Part shown: piece after piece, positions 38,571 to 47,967 of the stretch | How positions within the stretch are numbered: the stretch's first letter is position 1 | Layout of the letters: each line of letters begins with the position of its first letter | NCBI GenBank assembly: GCA_965116875.1 | Contig: OZ220733.1 | Span: forward strand, 1,216,001 to 1,280,000 | Direction: 5' to 3' | Source: Candidatus Latescibacterota bacterium | GTDB lineage: Bacteria > Latescibacterota > UBA2968 > GCA-2709665 | Length of the DNA: 64,000 nucleotides | Position numbers and translations under genes: made by a program | The notes under the pieces: generated by a model | Told to the model about the DNA's origin: nothing | What the model saw: the letters and a program-made list of their open reading frames with translations, nothing else | Database searches by the model: none

Positions 38571-39743
38571 TCAGTAAGGGTTCGACTTTGAGGATTGTAC
38601 GTGATCCGGCATTCTGTAGCTCATTCCGCCAAGTCCCACCTCGTCGTACACCGAGATCTCCAGCATCTGGGTGAAGTTTTCCGACCGGATCGACTGTTTG
38701 CTCTTCAGCAGGTGCTGCAAGCGTTGCTTCAGCCGATACAACAGAAGTACCCCGAATGTGTTGGTTTTGGGAAATCGCAGCTTGTCCGCCAGACTGTTTC
38801 CGATCAGGGATCTTGAAAGGCGGTAGGCCAGCGCTTTCACGTCCCGCTGTTCATCGGGATCCTCGATACCCGCCGTCAGCGGGATGGCCTCGACCAGCGC
38901 GTTGGCCATCGTGGCTGAGTCGTGGTCCGGCTCCGGCTCGCACATCAGGGCGATCTTGAAAATCTCACGGGCGTGCGCTTCATCTGTGAACAGAATGGAC
39001 TCGGGCACACCCATCACGTGACCCGCGTACCGCCAGATCCGGATGATGCTGTCTCTTTCTTCCTGATTGAGCGTGGCCCCCACGGCGATCGAGTGCTGCA
39101 TCAGCCGCATGGAGAAGACGGTGATGGCGAATCCCAGATGCGCCGCGCTCAACGGGATGCCCCAGGCTTCGGTATTCCACTCGTTGGAATTCGCCAGCAG
39201 GTGCCTGACTTTTGCGTGGACGAAACGAAGGCGCATGGACAGTTTCCATCCGTCGCCGTCTCTCCGCAAACCTCCCGGAAAGAACAACTCCAGGAGATGC
39301 CGGTTATTCTGCATGAGGCGCCTTCTTGCCGTCGACCGGTTCAACACGCGTCCGGTGGTGGCGAATGACTTGGCGATCATGGTCGCGAACCCCTCGATCA
39401 GCACGCCCGTAACGAATGCGACCAGGATGTTCGTCGTGTTCATATGAAAGGCGCGCATGCCGGCCCTGAAGGATTCGTACTCGAACCAGGGCGGATCTTC
39501 AAGATTGTCGAAAAAATCGCGCAGCGCCGAGGGAGCGCTGCGCATGACGTCTTCCTCCTCGTCGATGCCGGCCTTGATGAACCGATGCAGGTCCTGGGGT
39601 GGAAGGCCGGCTAATTCCTCCATGACCGGATCGAGAGAGGGGTCGCCGACCGTCGTGTGTCTGATATAGTTGTCGGCGAGCTCACGGTTGTAACGCCGTC
39701 CCACCGGATAGCCGTCGATATATGCGGAAGGTACCGTTATGAT
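38571..39743 (-). CDS. MpaB/Lcp (rubber oxygenase-like) heme oxygenase family protein; probable non-canonical start
   Basis: RRRLMQN, RLRFVHAKVR (heme His), WGIPLSAAH, IWRYAGHVMGVP; frame open up to ATC 39743, 8 nt after SD GAGGAG. Confidence 0.82.
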   Translation of the reverse strand: MITVPSAYIDGYPVGRRYNRELADNYIRHTTVGDPSLDPVMEELAGLPPQDLHRFIKAGIDEEEDVMRSAPSALRDFFDNLEDPPWFEYESFRAGMRAFHMNTTNILVAFVTGVLIEGFATMIAKSFATTGRVLNRSTARRRLMQNNRHLLELFFPGGLRRDGDGWKLSMRLRFVHAKVRHLLANSNEWNTEAWGIPLSAAHLGFAITVFSMRLMQHSIAVGATLNQEERDSIIRIWRYAGHVMGVPESILFTDEAHAREIFKIALMCEPEPDHDSATMANALVEAIPLTAGIEDPDEQRDVKALAYRLSRSLIGNSLADKLRFPKTNTFGVLLLYRLKQRLQHLLKSKQSIRSENFTQMLEISVYDEVGLGGMSYRMPDHVQSSKSNPY

Positions 39744-39897
39744 GCCGCTGTCTCCTCAGGTGCTGCCTTCGAACCCCGGCGGTCTGCGCATAACTCCGAC
39801 AGTAGCAGTCCGCGCGGGTGGAATCTCCGTCCGCTGGCTCACGTCGCAGGCGCGATTTTCCGTGATTCAATCACTTAATCTAATACTTTTGCACGAA

Positions 39898-39926
39898 AAT
39901 ATAGCGGCCATTCTCGCGAAAGTCAA
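39898..39926 (-). promoter_or_regulatory. sigma70 promoter of the oxygenase-MMPL operon
   Basis: Minus strand TTGACT-N17-TATATT. Confidence 0.65.
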
Positions 39927-40177
39927 TAGTCTTCACGCGATAACTTCACGCCGTCCGGACCACGCATCGATCGCTCTTCCCGTAGCGCCAAACGCGGCAG
40001 CCCTCAAGATTCTGCTTTGCCATGGTGGAGAAAATGCACATATCATACGACTGTCTGATGCCGGAGATGAAAACCATTCCCGCACACGGACAGCTTGGCG
40101 GACTTTCACCGCGCGGTCCGATCCCTGCCGTATATGTCCCGGCCATCGCGAACTACCCGATCACATTGGCTCGCAAT

Positions 40178-41281
40178 ATGACACGCGCCAGTTCCCCATC
40201 AGCCGTCATCCGGCGAACGCGCTATATCGTTGAGGTGATTTCCCGACGCTTCGACCTCGGTACCTGGCGCCGGACGTCCCGCCTCACGGGCGGCGTGCTC
40301 AATGAAGTGTATCTGGCCGAAACGTCGCGAGGCGGATTTCTCATTCGCGTGAATCGCGTCCGAAGGTCGATGGCCGAGATTGAACGCCTGTCGACATTCC
40401 TGTCGCACCTGCGCTGTCGCGGTTTACCGGTGGACGAGTTGATTCGGTCGACCGACGGAGGGGTTGCCGCAAAGATCGACGGCGAACTGTTTTCAGTACA
40501 CCGATATATCCCGGGGACGGTATACCCCTCTGCGGCAGAGCTGAACGGATCTCAGACCGAGAATATGATGACGTTTCTGGCGCAATACCATTCCGCGTCT
40601 GGGGCTTATCGCGACGACGGGACACTTACTGTCCGGGATGATACGATGCCGGTCATGTACACCGACGATCCGGGCCGCCTCCGGGAGCGGCTGAAGGACC
40701 TCACGAAAACTGACCGGGACGTAGAGTCCACCGTAGACCGTGCGATCGACCGGGTGGCCTCGTTCTTTTCCTCAGTTGCATTCCGGGATCTCAAACGGAC
40801 GTGGATCCACGGCGACTTCAGGTCGTGCAACCTGGCGTTCGATGCAGACAGAGTGAGCGGGCTCTTCGACTGGGACCTGCTTTGCAGCGGACCGCGGCTG
40901 TTCGACGTTGTGGTTGCGTCCAGCGACCTGGCCAGGACGTTCATCGGCCCCCTGTCCAGCAATTCCGCGGCGTGGCTGGGTGAATTCGTGCGTCATCCTG
41001 GCGCCTACCGGAAGGAAGCGCGACGACTCGGGGCGGATTTGAACGAGTCCGAGGTCGCGTCCATCCCGTACCTGCTGCTGGCCGACACCATTCTCAGCGG
41101 TGTACTCTTCGCGTTGCACCTGAGACGACTGCCGCTGAAGCCGGGTGAATCGGCGAACCAACGCTGTCAACGGTCCGACAGGCTCCTCTCGGAGTCCGTT
41201 GACGACCTCGTTGCGATCGACAGCCTGATCGGCAGCGGGGATACGAGCAACTCCCTGACGCGGGAAATTGCCGACCTTTGA
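40178..41281 (+). CDS. APH/homoserine kinase type II-like phosphotransferase; start uncertain
   Basis: GGVLNEVY, Brenner motif WIHGDFRSCN, LFDWD. Confidence 0.82.
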   Translation: MTRASSPSAVIRRTRYIVEVISRRFDLGTWRRTSRLTGGVLNEVYLAETSRGGFLIRVNRVRRSMAEIERLSTFLSHLRCRGLPVDELIRSTDGGVAAKIDGELFSVHRYIPGTVYPSAAELNGSQTENMMTFLAQYHSASGAYRDDGTLTVRDDTMPVMYTDDPGRLRERLKDLTKTDRDVESTVDRAIDRVASFFSSVAFRDLKRTWIHGDFRSCNLAFDADRVSGLFDWDLLCSGPRLFDVVVASSDLARTFIGPLSSNSAAWLGEFVRHPGAYRKEARRLGADLNESEVASIPYLLLADTILSGVLFALHLRRLPLKPGESANQRCQRSDRLLSESVDDLVAIDSLIGSGDTSNSLTREIADL

Positions 41282-41343
41282 GGGGCGTCATGGCACGAAC
41301 GGGCCCCGCCACGTTCTTCTGTTCTCAATCTATGGTCTTGGAT

Positions 41344-41401
41344 TTAGGCTATTTCAAAGTTAAAGATTGACATAGCATATAAATTTCGTTACTTTCCCCG
41401 T
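41344..41401 (+). promoter_or_regulatory. Leaderless-type promoter with overlapping dyad
   Basis: TTGACA(41367)-N17-TACTTT(41390)-6 nt-ATG(41402), no SD; dyad GCTATTTCAA-N9-TTGACATAGC covers the -35 box. Confidence 0.7.
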
Positions 41402-42616
41402 ATGATCCCACGTGACCTGGCCCCCAGACTCAAAAAGGCCGCGGGAGCTTTTCCTGCCATTACGCTTACCGGTCCCCGGCAAAGCGGCAAGACGACGCTT
41501 TGCCGGACGATATTTCCCGAGCACAGGTATACAACACTCGAGTCTCCGGACGTTCGCGCCTTTGCGGTAGAAGATCCACGAGGCTTTCTGGCTCAATTTC
41601 CGTCTGGCGTCATCATCGACGAGGTACAGCGGGCCCCGGACCTGCTTTCCTACCTGCAGGGCATTATCGACGATGACCCGGCGCCCGGACGCTGGATCCT
41701 GACCGGCTCGCAGAACCTCGCACTGCTCGATTCGGTAAGCCAGTCGCTGGCAGGAAGGACCGCGGTATACTACCTGTTGACGCTTACCCGCGGGGAAGTC
41801 CAACGGTTCCCCCGGTTCCCCGACGGTCTGGAAGAATCCCTCTTTGCGGGATCATATCCCCGAATATTCAACGATGGTCTGGATCCGTCCGACTGGATCC
41901 GTTCCTATGTCGCCACCTATATCGAACGCGACGTACGGACGATCAGAAACGTGGGCGATCTTGGAACATTCCAGCGATTCGTGGAACTGTGCGCCGGCCG
42001 CACGGCTCAGTTACTCAATCTCTCCTCCCTGGCCGACGACTGCGGAATTTCCCAGCCAGGTGCAAGAGCCTGGCTCAGCATCCTGGAGACCAGCTTTATC
42101 ACCTTCAGACTACCGGCATTTCATGCCAACCTTCGCAAACGTCTCGTAAAAATGCCCAAGCTTCATTTTTTCGACACCGGGCTCGTCTGCTGGCTGCTCG
42201 GTATCCGCGACCCTGACCAGTTACGCAATCACCCGCTTCGCGGACCGATTTTCGAGACCTGGGTTGTATCGGAGATCGCAAAAAGCAGAACCAACCAGGG
42301 CGAAGTGGGCGGTATGTCGTTTTACCGGGACCGAAACGGCGCCGAGGCGGACCTCATCATCGAGTACCCGCGCAACATCGCGCTTGTCGAGGCCAAGTCG
42401 GCCACCACGGCGTCGTCCAGCCTGTTTGACAGCATCGGTCGTGTACAGAAACACCTCACCCGTTTACCCTTGCCAGGCTCCGTCTTCGTTGCATACGGCG
42501 GTCACGAACACCAGCGCCGGGCGCGGGGCAGCCTGATTCCGTGGCGGGACCTCCACGAAACGGCGTTTCAGATGAACCGATCAGAAGACGAGCCTGCGAA
42601 GACACGGATATATTAG
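41402..42616 (+). CDS. AAA_14 ATPase with DUF4143 domain
   Basis: GPRQSGKTT, IIDEVQ, ILTGS, YIERDV, PKLHFFDTG, FETWV, YRDRNGAEADLI...VEAK. Confidence 0.93.
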   Translation: MIPRDLAPRLKKAAGAFPAITLTGPRQSGKTTLCRTIFPEHRYTTLESPDVRAFAVEDPRGFLAQFPSGVIIDEVQRAPDLLSYLQGIIDDDPAPGRWILTGSQNLALLDSVSQSLAGRTAVYYLLTLTRGEVQRFPRFPDGLEESLFAGSYPRIFNDGLDPSDWIRSYVATYIERDVRTIRNVGDLGTFQRFVELCAGRTAQLLNLSSLADDCGISQPGARAWLSILETSFITFRLPAFHANLRKRLVKMPKLHFFDTGLVCWLLGIRDPDQLRNHPLRGPIFETWVVSEIAKSRTNQGEVGGMSFYRDRNGAEADLIIEYPRNIALVEAKSATTASSSLFDSIGRVQKHLTRLPLPGSVFVAYGGHEHQRRARGSLIPWRDLHETAFQMNRSEDEPAKTRIY

Positions 42617-42657
42617 GCTATTTCAATATGCAAATTTGAATTAGCCTAATATATCCG
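42605..42657. repeat. 16-bp perfect inverted repeat spanning the DUF4143 stop codon
   Basis: CGGATATATTAGGCTA(42605-42620)...TAGCCTAATATATCCG(42642-42657); contains TTAGGCTATTTCAA, also found at 41344. Confidence 0.8.
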
Positions 42658-42736
42658 GTTTGCAGCGCCTCAGAGCAGAGAATTTCAGATTCCGTCGCAG
42701 ACGCCCCTTGATTGGATTGAGAACAGGAAAGGCGCT

Positions 42737-44005
42737 ATGGATCTGAACCGGGTGGTATCGGATCTGGAGATCGAAGAAAGCCGCAAGATCCTCGAGCCTT
42801 CGTGGGAGATCTCCCGGCGCGCCGTGCCGGACGGGGAGGTCCCCTTTCTGTCACCGGACTTCGTGAGAGAGGCCTGCCGGGGGATTTACCTCCCGGAAGA
42901 CATCGTGCAGGCCTCGGTTGTGGCGGCAGACCTGGTGGCGAAGAACTGCGCACTGCGGGCTCTGGCGTGGCACTGCCACTGGTGTCTTTACGGCGTGGAA
43001 GGATATCCGAGCCGCCTGGCGGACGACTGGCCCTGCATGAAGGTCCCGATGGGAGAACTGGCCGGACTCTTCTACCTGCTGGTACTCCTGTCGCGGTTTC
43101 CTGAAATGCGATCGGTACACCGGGCGCACGGGATTCCCGAACGGGTCGTACGGGACAGCATGGAACAGATTTACCTCAGAGGCGAAACCTGCAGCGAAAT
43201 CTACGGCAGGTGGGGCCTGGACGGACACGCGGCCCGTTGGCTGGCCAACTTCCTCCGCGGCGAGATCTACGCCCTGGGCCGCCTTGAACACCAGTTCAAT
43301 GTGATGAACGACCCGTTTCGCGTCTATCGTCACAGGGAGTCGTCCATGGTCGTCGCTCTGAGCGAAGCCGGCGTTACCTATCGCCCTGACGGCCAGCGGC
43401 ACAGAGGCGGAGATGCGCTGCCGGTCTGGACCTCCCGGCTCCTGGTGACAGGGGAAAGGATTGCCGGGCATCCCATCCTTCCCACGGGCCGGGCCTGCGA
43501 AGAAATGGTGACGCTTGCCGCGGCCGATTGGGTTTGTGTGCTGGGACCGGGAGATCCTGTTCTGTATTTTCATATTCCCGGCGGCATACCGCTTGATCAC
43601 GCCGCTTGCGGGGACTCCTTCCGCGCCGCGATGGAATTTTTCCCCCGCCATTTTCCCGAACGTCCGTACCGCGCGTTCTTCTGCGGTTCCTGGCTGCTGG
43701 ATACGCAACTGGAAGACTGGCTTCCGTCCGGATCGAATCTGGTTCGTTTCCTGCGGGAGTTCTACATGGTTCCCGGCGGCATCTCGGCACGGTCGATCCT
43801 GCAGACGGTGTTCGGGAACGCGGCGGATGACCTGAGCAAGGCCCCCGGCGACACGTCGCTCCAGCGCGCAATTCTGGAACATGCGTCCGCGGGCAGGCCG
43901 ATCGATCCCCGCGCGGGCAAATGCTTTCTGTTCCCCGAAGACCTGGATTGGGGACGACAGGTCTACCGGACGTCGAAGTTTCCATGGTATCTGGTCGGTT
44001 GTTGA
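42737..44005 (+). CDS. N-acyltransferase (DUF5596/GNAT_C-like)
   Basis: HRAHGIPE, YALGRLEHQ, FHIPGG, FFCGSWLLD, SNLVRF, TSLQRAI. Confidence 0.75.
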   Translation: MDLNRVVSDLEIEESRKILEPSWEISRRAVPDGEVPFLSPDFVREACRGIYLPEDIVQASVVAADLVAKNCALRALAWHCHWCLYGVEGYPSRLADDWPCMKVPMGELAGLFYLLVLLSRFPEMRSVHRAHGIPERVVRDSMEQIYLRGETCSEIYGRWGLDGHAARWLANFLRGEIYALGRLEHQFNVMNDPFRVYRHRESSMVVALSEAGVTYRPDGQRHRGGDALPVWTSRLLVTGERIAGHPILPTGRACEEMVTLAAADWVCVLGPGDPVLYFHIPGGIPLDHAACGDSFRAAMEFFPRHFPERPYRAFFCGSWLLDTQLEDWLPSGSNLVRFLREFYMVPGGISARSILQTVFGNAADDLSKAPGDTSLQRAILEHASAGRPIDPRAGKCFLFPEDLDWGRQVYRTSKFPWYLVGC

Positions 44006-44027
44006 TTGGAAACACAAGGAGGTCGAC

Positions 44028-45158
44028 ATGGAGCGGTTCGGAAAGCTGGAGCTGGACTACCTGGCGGAAGTGATCGCCAGCGGGTCGCTGAACAGCAAGA
44101 CCGGGAAATTCACGACCCGGCTGGAGGAGCGATTCGCTGCGTGGGTGGGGGCGGAATACGCTTTGGCAATGAACAGTGCGATGAGTGTGCTGCACACGGC
44201 CGTGGCCGCGGCCGGCGTTGGACCGGGCGTGGAAGTCGTCTGCGATCCCGTGGTCCACTTCGGCGGCGCAGCGGTGATGTATCACAACGGGGTGCCTGTA
44301 TTCTGCGACATCGATGAGGACAGCTGGAATATGGATCCCGATTCGCTCGAGGCGTGCATCACGGAACACACGGGCGCCGTCATCTGCACGCCGATGTGGG
44401 GAAACCCGCCGGATTACGAGGGGATTCTCCGGGTGGCGAACAGATATGGACTCCCTGTGATCGAAGACGTGGCGCACGGCGTCGGGGGTTCGTACAGAGG
44501 CAGGCCCCTGGGAACGCTGGGGTCGATCGGTTCATTCAGTTTTCAGGAGGCCAAGCACCTCACCAGCGGAGACGGCGGCATGGCGGTAACCGACCGGGCC
44601 GACCTGGTCGAAAAAATGTTGGAAATGAGGATCATCAAAACGACCCTGGGTTGGAATTACCGAATGACGGAACTGCAGGCCGGGGTGATGCTGGCGCAGA
44701 TGGACAGGGCCGACGGGATCATTTCGGCGCACCACAAGGCGGGGGCGCTCTACTGCGAAGCCGCAAGGGAGGCGCCATGGCTGGTGCCGCAGCGTGTGCC
44801 GGACGGGTGCGTCAACGCCTGCCACGCGGTCGCGTTCCGGTTCGAAGGCGACCGCGAGGGGATATCGGTGGAGCGTTTTCAAAAGACCATGGTCGAACAC
44901 GGATGTCCGGTCTCGATCGGATACAAGAGACGCTCCGCCGCCGAAGATCCGATCTTCACGGAGGTCCTGGCGTACGGCAAAGGGTGCCCCATCCGTTGCC
45001 CCCATTACGCGGGCAGCGCACGCTACGGAAAGGGAGTGACCCCGGTGGCCGATCGCGCGGTGCCCCGCATGGTCGTGATGCCAATGGACGTGTATACACC
45101 CGGAAAGACCGAGGAGTACGCGGAACGGATCCAGGCGGGGTTGCGCGCACTTGCGTGA
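44028..45158 (+). CDS. DegT/DnrJ/EryC1/StrS PLP-dependent aminotransferase
   Basis: SD AAGGAGG; IEDVAH, SFSFQEAKHLTSGDGG (PLP Lys), NYRMTELQA. Confidence 0.93.
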   Translation: MERFGKLELDYLAEVIASGSLNSKTGKFTTRLEERFAAWVGAEYALAMNSAMSVLHTAVAAAGVGPGVEVVCDPVVHFGGAAVMYHNGVPVFCDIDEDSWNMDPDSLEACITEHTGAVICTPMWGNPPDYEGILRVANRYGLPVIEDVAHGVGGSYRGRPLGTLGSIGSFSFQEAKHLTSGDGGMAVTDRADLVEKMLEMRIIKTTLGWNYRMTELQAGVMLAQMDRADGIISAHHKAGALYCEAAREAPWLVPQRVPDGCVNACHAVAFRFEGDREGISVERFQKTMVEHGCPVSIGYKRRSAAEDPIFTEVLAYGKGCPIRCPHYAGSARYGKGVTPVADRAVPRMVVMPMDVYTPGKTEEYAERIQAGLRALA

Positions 45159-45190
45159 TCGATGGGCGAGGAGGGATAGAACGGCGGGGT

Positions 45191-46051
45191 TCAGTGCCCG
45201 TGCTGCGCTTCCGTACCATGAACGGCGCTGGATTCAACGAAGTAAAGGGCGTAGGCGAGACCGATTCCCACGAGAAGGGATGCGATGAGTTTGCCGCGAT
45301 CATGGCTGTGGAAGTGGATCTCGGGAAGCAGATCGCTCAGCGCGATGCACAGAAACGCGCCCGCGGCAAACGCAAGCACGTAGCCGATAACCGAGCCGTC
45401 GTCCAGGCCGAGCAGCCCCAGGCCCCAGAAACTGGCGAGAGCCACCAGCGGGCACAGCATGGCGAACGCGAAATTGGCCGCCGCACGCGCGCGCGCGCTG
45501 AATCCCCCGAACTTCATCATGCCGATGATGGAGTACGCATCGAGCGGCTTGTGAAGGAGGATTGCGAGGAAGACGCCGAGGGCGGGCAGCGCGCCACCGT
45601 CTTCATGCGGCGAACTGATCCGCATGCTGGTGCCCAGTGCGACGCCTTCGGTGATGGTATGCACGCCCAGGCCCATGGCAACCCCTACCAGGCTGCCCGA
45701 ATGTCCGATGGAGCCACCGTGGTCGTGATGTTCGTGCAGTTCGCCGGCTTCATCGCTGAAGTCGTGCTGATGGAAGTGGAACACGCGTAGCAGGAAGATC
45801 ATCAGGACCATGCCGAAAACCACCCACGCGACGGCTTTCTCCACGTTTCCCGGTCCGGTAATCCGTTCGAGACTGTGCGGCAAGAGGTGGTACATGGCGA
45901 TGCCGAGGATAAAACCCGCCACGAGGCTCATCAGTATCTGGATTTTCGTGTGGGTCATGGATCCCAGGACGGCCAGTTTCCCGCCGGCAAAGGAAACGGC
46001 AAAGATTCCCAGTGAATATCCCGATATGATGAGCAAACTGTCTGAATCCAC
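45191..46051 (-). CDS. ZIP family divalent metal transporter
   Basis: His-rich loop HFHQH...HEHHDH; GVHTITEGVALG, LLHKPLD, LSDLLPE; GTG start at 46051 inferred. Confidence 0.88.
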   Translation of the reverse strand: MDSDSLLIISGYSLGIFAVSFAGGKLAVLGSMTHTKIQILMSLVAGFILGIAMYHLLPHSLERITGPGNVEKAVAWVVFGMVLMIFLLRVFHFHQHDFSDEAGELHEHHDHGGSIGHSGSLVGVAMGLGVHTITEGVALGTSMRISSPHEDGGALPALGVFLAILLHKPLDAYSIIGMMKFGGFSARARAAANFAFAMLCPLVALASFWGLGLLGLDDGSVIGYVLAFAAGAFLCIALSDLLPEIHFHSHDRGKLIASLLVGIGLAYALYFVESSAVHGTEAQHGH

Positions 46052-46082
46052 GATGACCTGACCTTGCGTTGACTTCGATTGA

Positions 46083-46215
46083 TTTCCAGTTCGGCGCCCG
46101 CGGACGAAGGTACCCAACGGGTCCGCCGGTCGTGACGATTTCCATGCGAGACACAGCTTCCGAAGCGTCCGTGTGAATCCTCGCAGTGGTCGACCAAGGC
46201 GCCGAATCACCGGAA
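46083..46215 (-). ncRNA. Candidate structured cis-regulatory RNA upstream of the ZIP gene
   Basis: Nested stems TTCGGCGCC/GGCGCCGAA, GGTCG/CGACC, TGCGAG/CTCGCA, GCTTC/GAAGC, GCGGAC/GTCCGC; no known riboswitch consensus recognised. Confidence 0.3.
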
Positions 46216-46290
46216 TTTTTCAGGGGCAACCCTCACTTCCGGCGCCGGGTTGCCCCCTTTTGTCATTTGCCCGTATCGAACCGTTGCGAC

Positions 46291-46779
46291 TCAGAAGAAC
46301 AGCATCAGGAGCAGGATACTGCTCATCCCGCCCAGCATAAACCCGCCTATGCTGACCGCGCCGGAAACCAATGAATAGTCGGCGATACGAAACGTCTGTT
46401 CGCCCAACGTAAAGAGCACCTGGGTCCGATTGATTTCCCTATCCGCGAAATGTTTCAATGCCTCTTCGGCGCTGTGCGCCTCCTTGACAGAGACCATCGC
46501 GACAAGAATCATCGTGATCGCGGACGCCAGGGTCCCGGTTGCAAATACGAGCAACGTCGCCAGCGCAAGCCAGTGATAGGCCGCGTCTTCGACTCCGGAG
46601 GGCGAACTCATGAATCCGATGATCAATGCCGCGCCGCCCGCATTGCCCAAAAGCAGCAGGCGGGCAGACTCCGTAATCAGCCTGAACATCGTGCCGCGCC
46701 GCATATGGACGACCTTGTAGAGTTCCCGCAGCCACTCTTCGCCGATTTCTTCGGCCGAAAATTCATCCACCTTTTTCAA
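46291..46779 (-). CDS. Small hypothetical membrane protein (about 3 TM helices)
   Basis: Hydrophobic stretches, LLLLGNAGGAALI; tightly packed in the operon. Confidence 0.7.
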   Translation of the reverse strand: MKKVDEFSAEEIGEEWLRELYKVVHMRRGTMFRLITESARLLLLGNAGGAALIIGFMSSPSGVEDAAYHWLALATLLVFATGTLASAITMILVAMVSVKEAHSAEEALKHFADREINRTQVLFTLGEQTFRIADYSLVSGAVSIGGFMLGGMSSILLLMLFF

Positions 46780-46782
46780 CGG

Positions 46783-47937
46783 TCATTCTCCTCCGAGATC
46801 GATCAATCTGACGTATCGGGAACCGGTGTTGGTTCCAGGTCCGAAGGCGAGGGTCCAATCGTCAATCGCTATCGGTCCGGACGTCAATGCCTGTTGCAGG
46901 AAATGCTCCCGCGTCAACGTCTCGCCCATGCGGTTCAGCACCTCGATGACGAAACGGCCCAGAATGTATCCCTCGAGGGACACCTCGTTGACGCCATACT
47001 CCCCGTCGTCCGCGCGGCTTGCAGAGTCCGTGGCCGCCATGGCCCGGTGAAAGCTCCTGACCACCCGCATGCCAGTGTCGTCCGCATCCGGCATCACCTC
47101 GGAAACCAGAATTCTGTTGCTCGGCGCTTCGATCCTCTTCTTCAACTCGTAGGACAGAACGAACGACAGATTGGCCATAATGTATCTGTGGCCGAGAGAG
47201 TGCGCCAGGTTGATTATTTCAGAATTGGACGCATACGCGCCGACGATCATGATGGCCTCAAGGTCGGCCTTGGCCAGGCCGAACAGGCTGGCCTGGACGG
47301 CGTGTGTGTTTCGAGAGAATGCGGTCTTCGCCAGAATGGGGATTCCTTTTCCGTCGAGAACCGACTTGTAGTTCTTCAGGACGGAACGACCGAACGCGTC
47401 GTCCTGATAGATGATGCCGAACCGCTTCTTGCCGCGCTTCCTCAGAATGTGATTTACCAGTACGCGGGTCTCGTCCAGATAGCCCGCTCTGAGGTTGATG
47501 ACGTTTGGAAACCGTCTGGCATTGCGCAGGAAGGCGGCGCCGGTAAAGGGGCCCACGAAGGGTATTTTTGCAGATTTCAATACCGGCGCGATGCGTTTCG
47601 CCGTGGGCGTACCCACGCCGCCGATAACGGCAAAAACGTCGTCCCCGGAAGCGAATCGCTCCGCGTTGGCGGCCGCCAGTTCAGGCTCGTAGGCATCGTC
47701 CAGAGAAATAAGCCTGAGCGCCCTGCCGTTGACGCCGCCCCCGCGGTTCACTTCGAAAAAGGCCGCACGAATACCGGCCCGGTAGTTGAATCCCAACTGT
47801 CTGTTCGGCCCGGAGAAACACGCGCTCTGGCCGAAGACAATCGTCGTATCGATGACACCTTGCGCCGCCTGGGACGTCGCGACCGGCAGCAGGGCGAGCC
47901 AGAATACCCATAGCCCACTGACGATGTGTGCCGCCAT
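46783..47937 (-). CDS. Periplasmic binding protein, LivJ/Peripla_BP_6-like
   Basis: Signal peptide; IVFGQSACFSGP, VNRGGGVNGR, LDDAYEP, GVGTPT, NLRAGY. Confidence 0.88.
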   Translation of the reverse strand: MAAHIVSGLWVFWLALLPVATSQAAQGVIDTTIVFGQSACFSGPNRQLGFNYRAGIRAAFFEVNRGGGVNGRALRLISLDDAYEPELAAANAERFASGDDVFAVIGGVGTPTAKRIAPVLKSAKIPFVGPFTGAAFLRNARRFPNVINLRAGYLDETRVLVNHILRKRGKKRFGIIYQDDAFGRSVLKNYKSVLDGKGIPILAKTAFSRNTHAVQASLFGLAKADLEAIMIVGAYASNSEIINLAHSLGHRYIMANLSFVLSYELKKRIEAPSNRILVSEVMPDADDTGMRVVRSFHRAMAATDSASRADDGEYGVNEVSLEGYILGRFVIEVLNRMGETLTREHFLQQALTSGPIAIDDWTLAFGPGTNTGSRYVRLIDLGGE

Positions 47938-47967
47938 TCGCTACCCTCTTCCCGAGGCGTGCCACAT

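Noticed and set aside
46223-46260. Hairpin plus T-run as terminator of the metal operon
   Set aside because: The T-run is on the + strand, opposite to operon transcription; kept only as part of the ZIP leader finding
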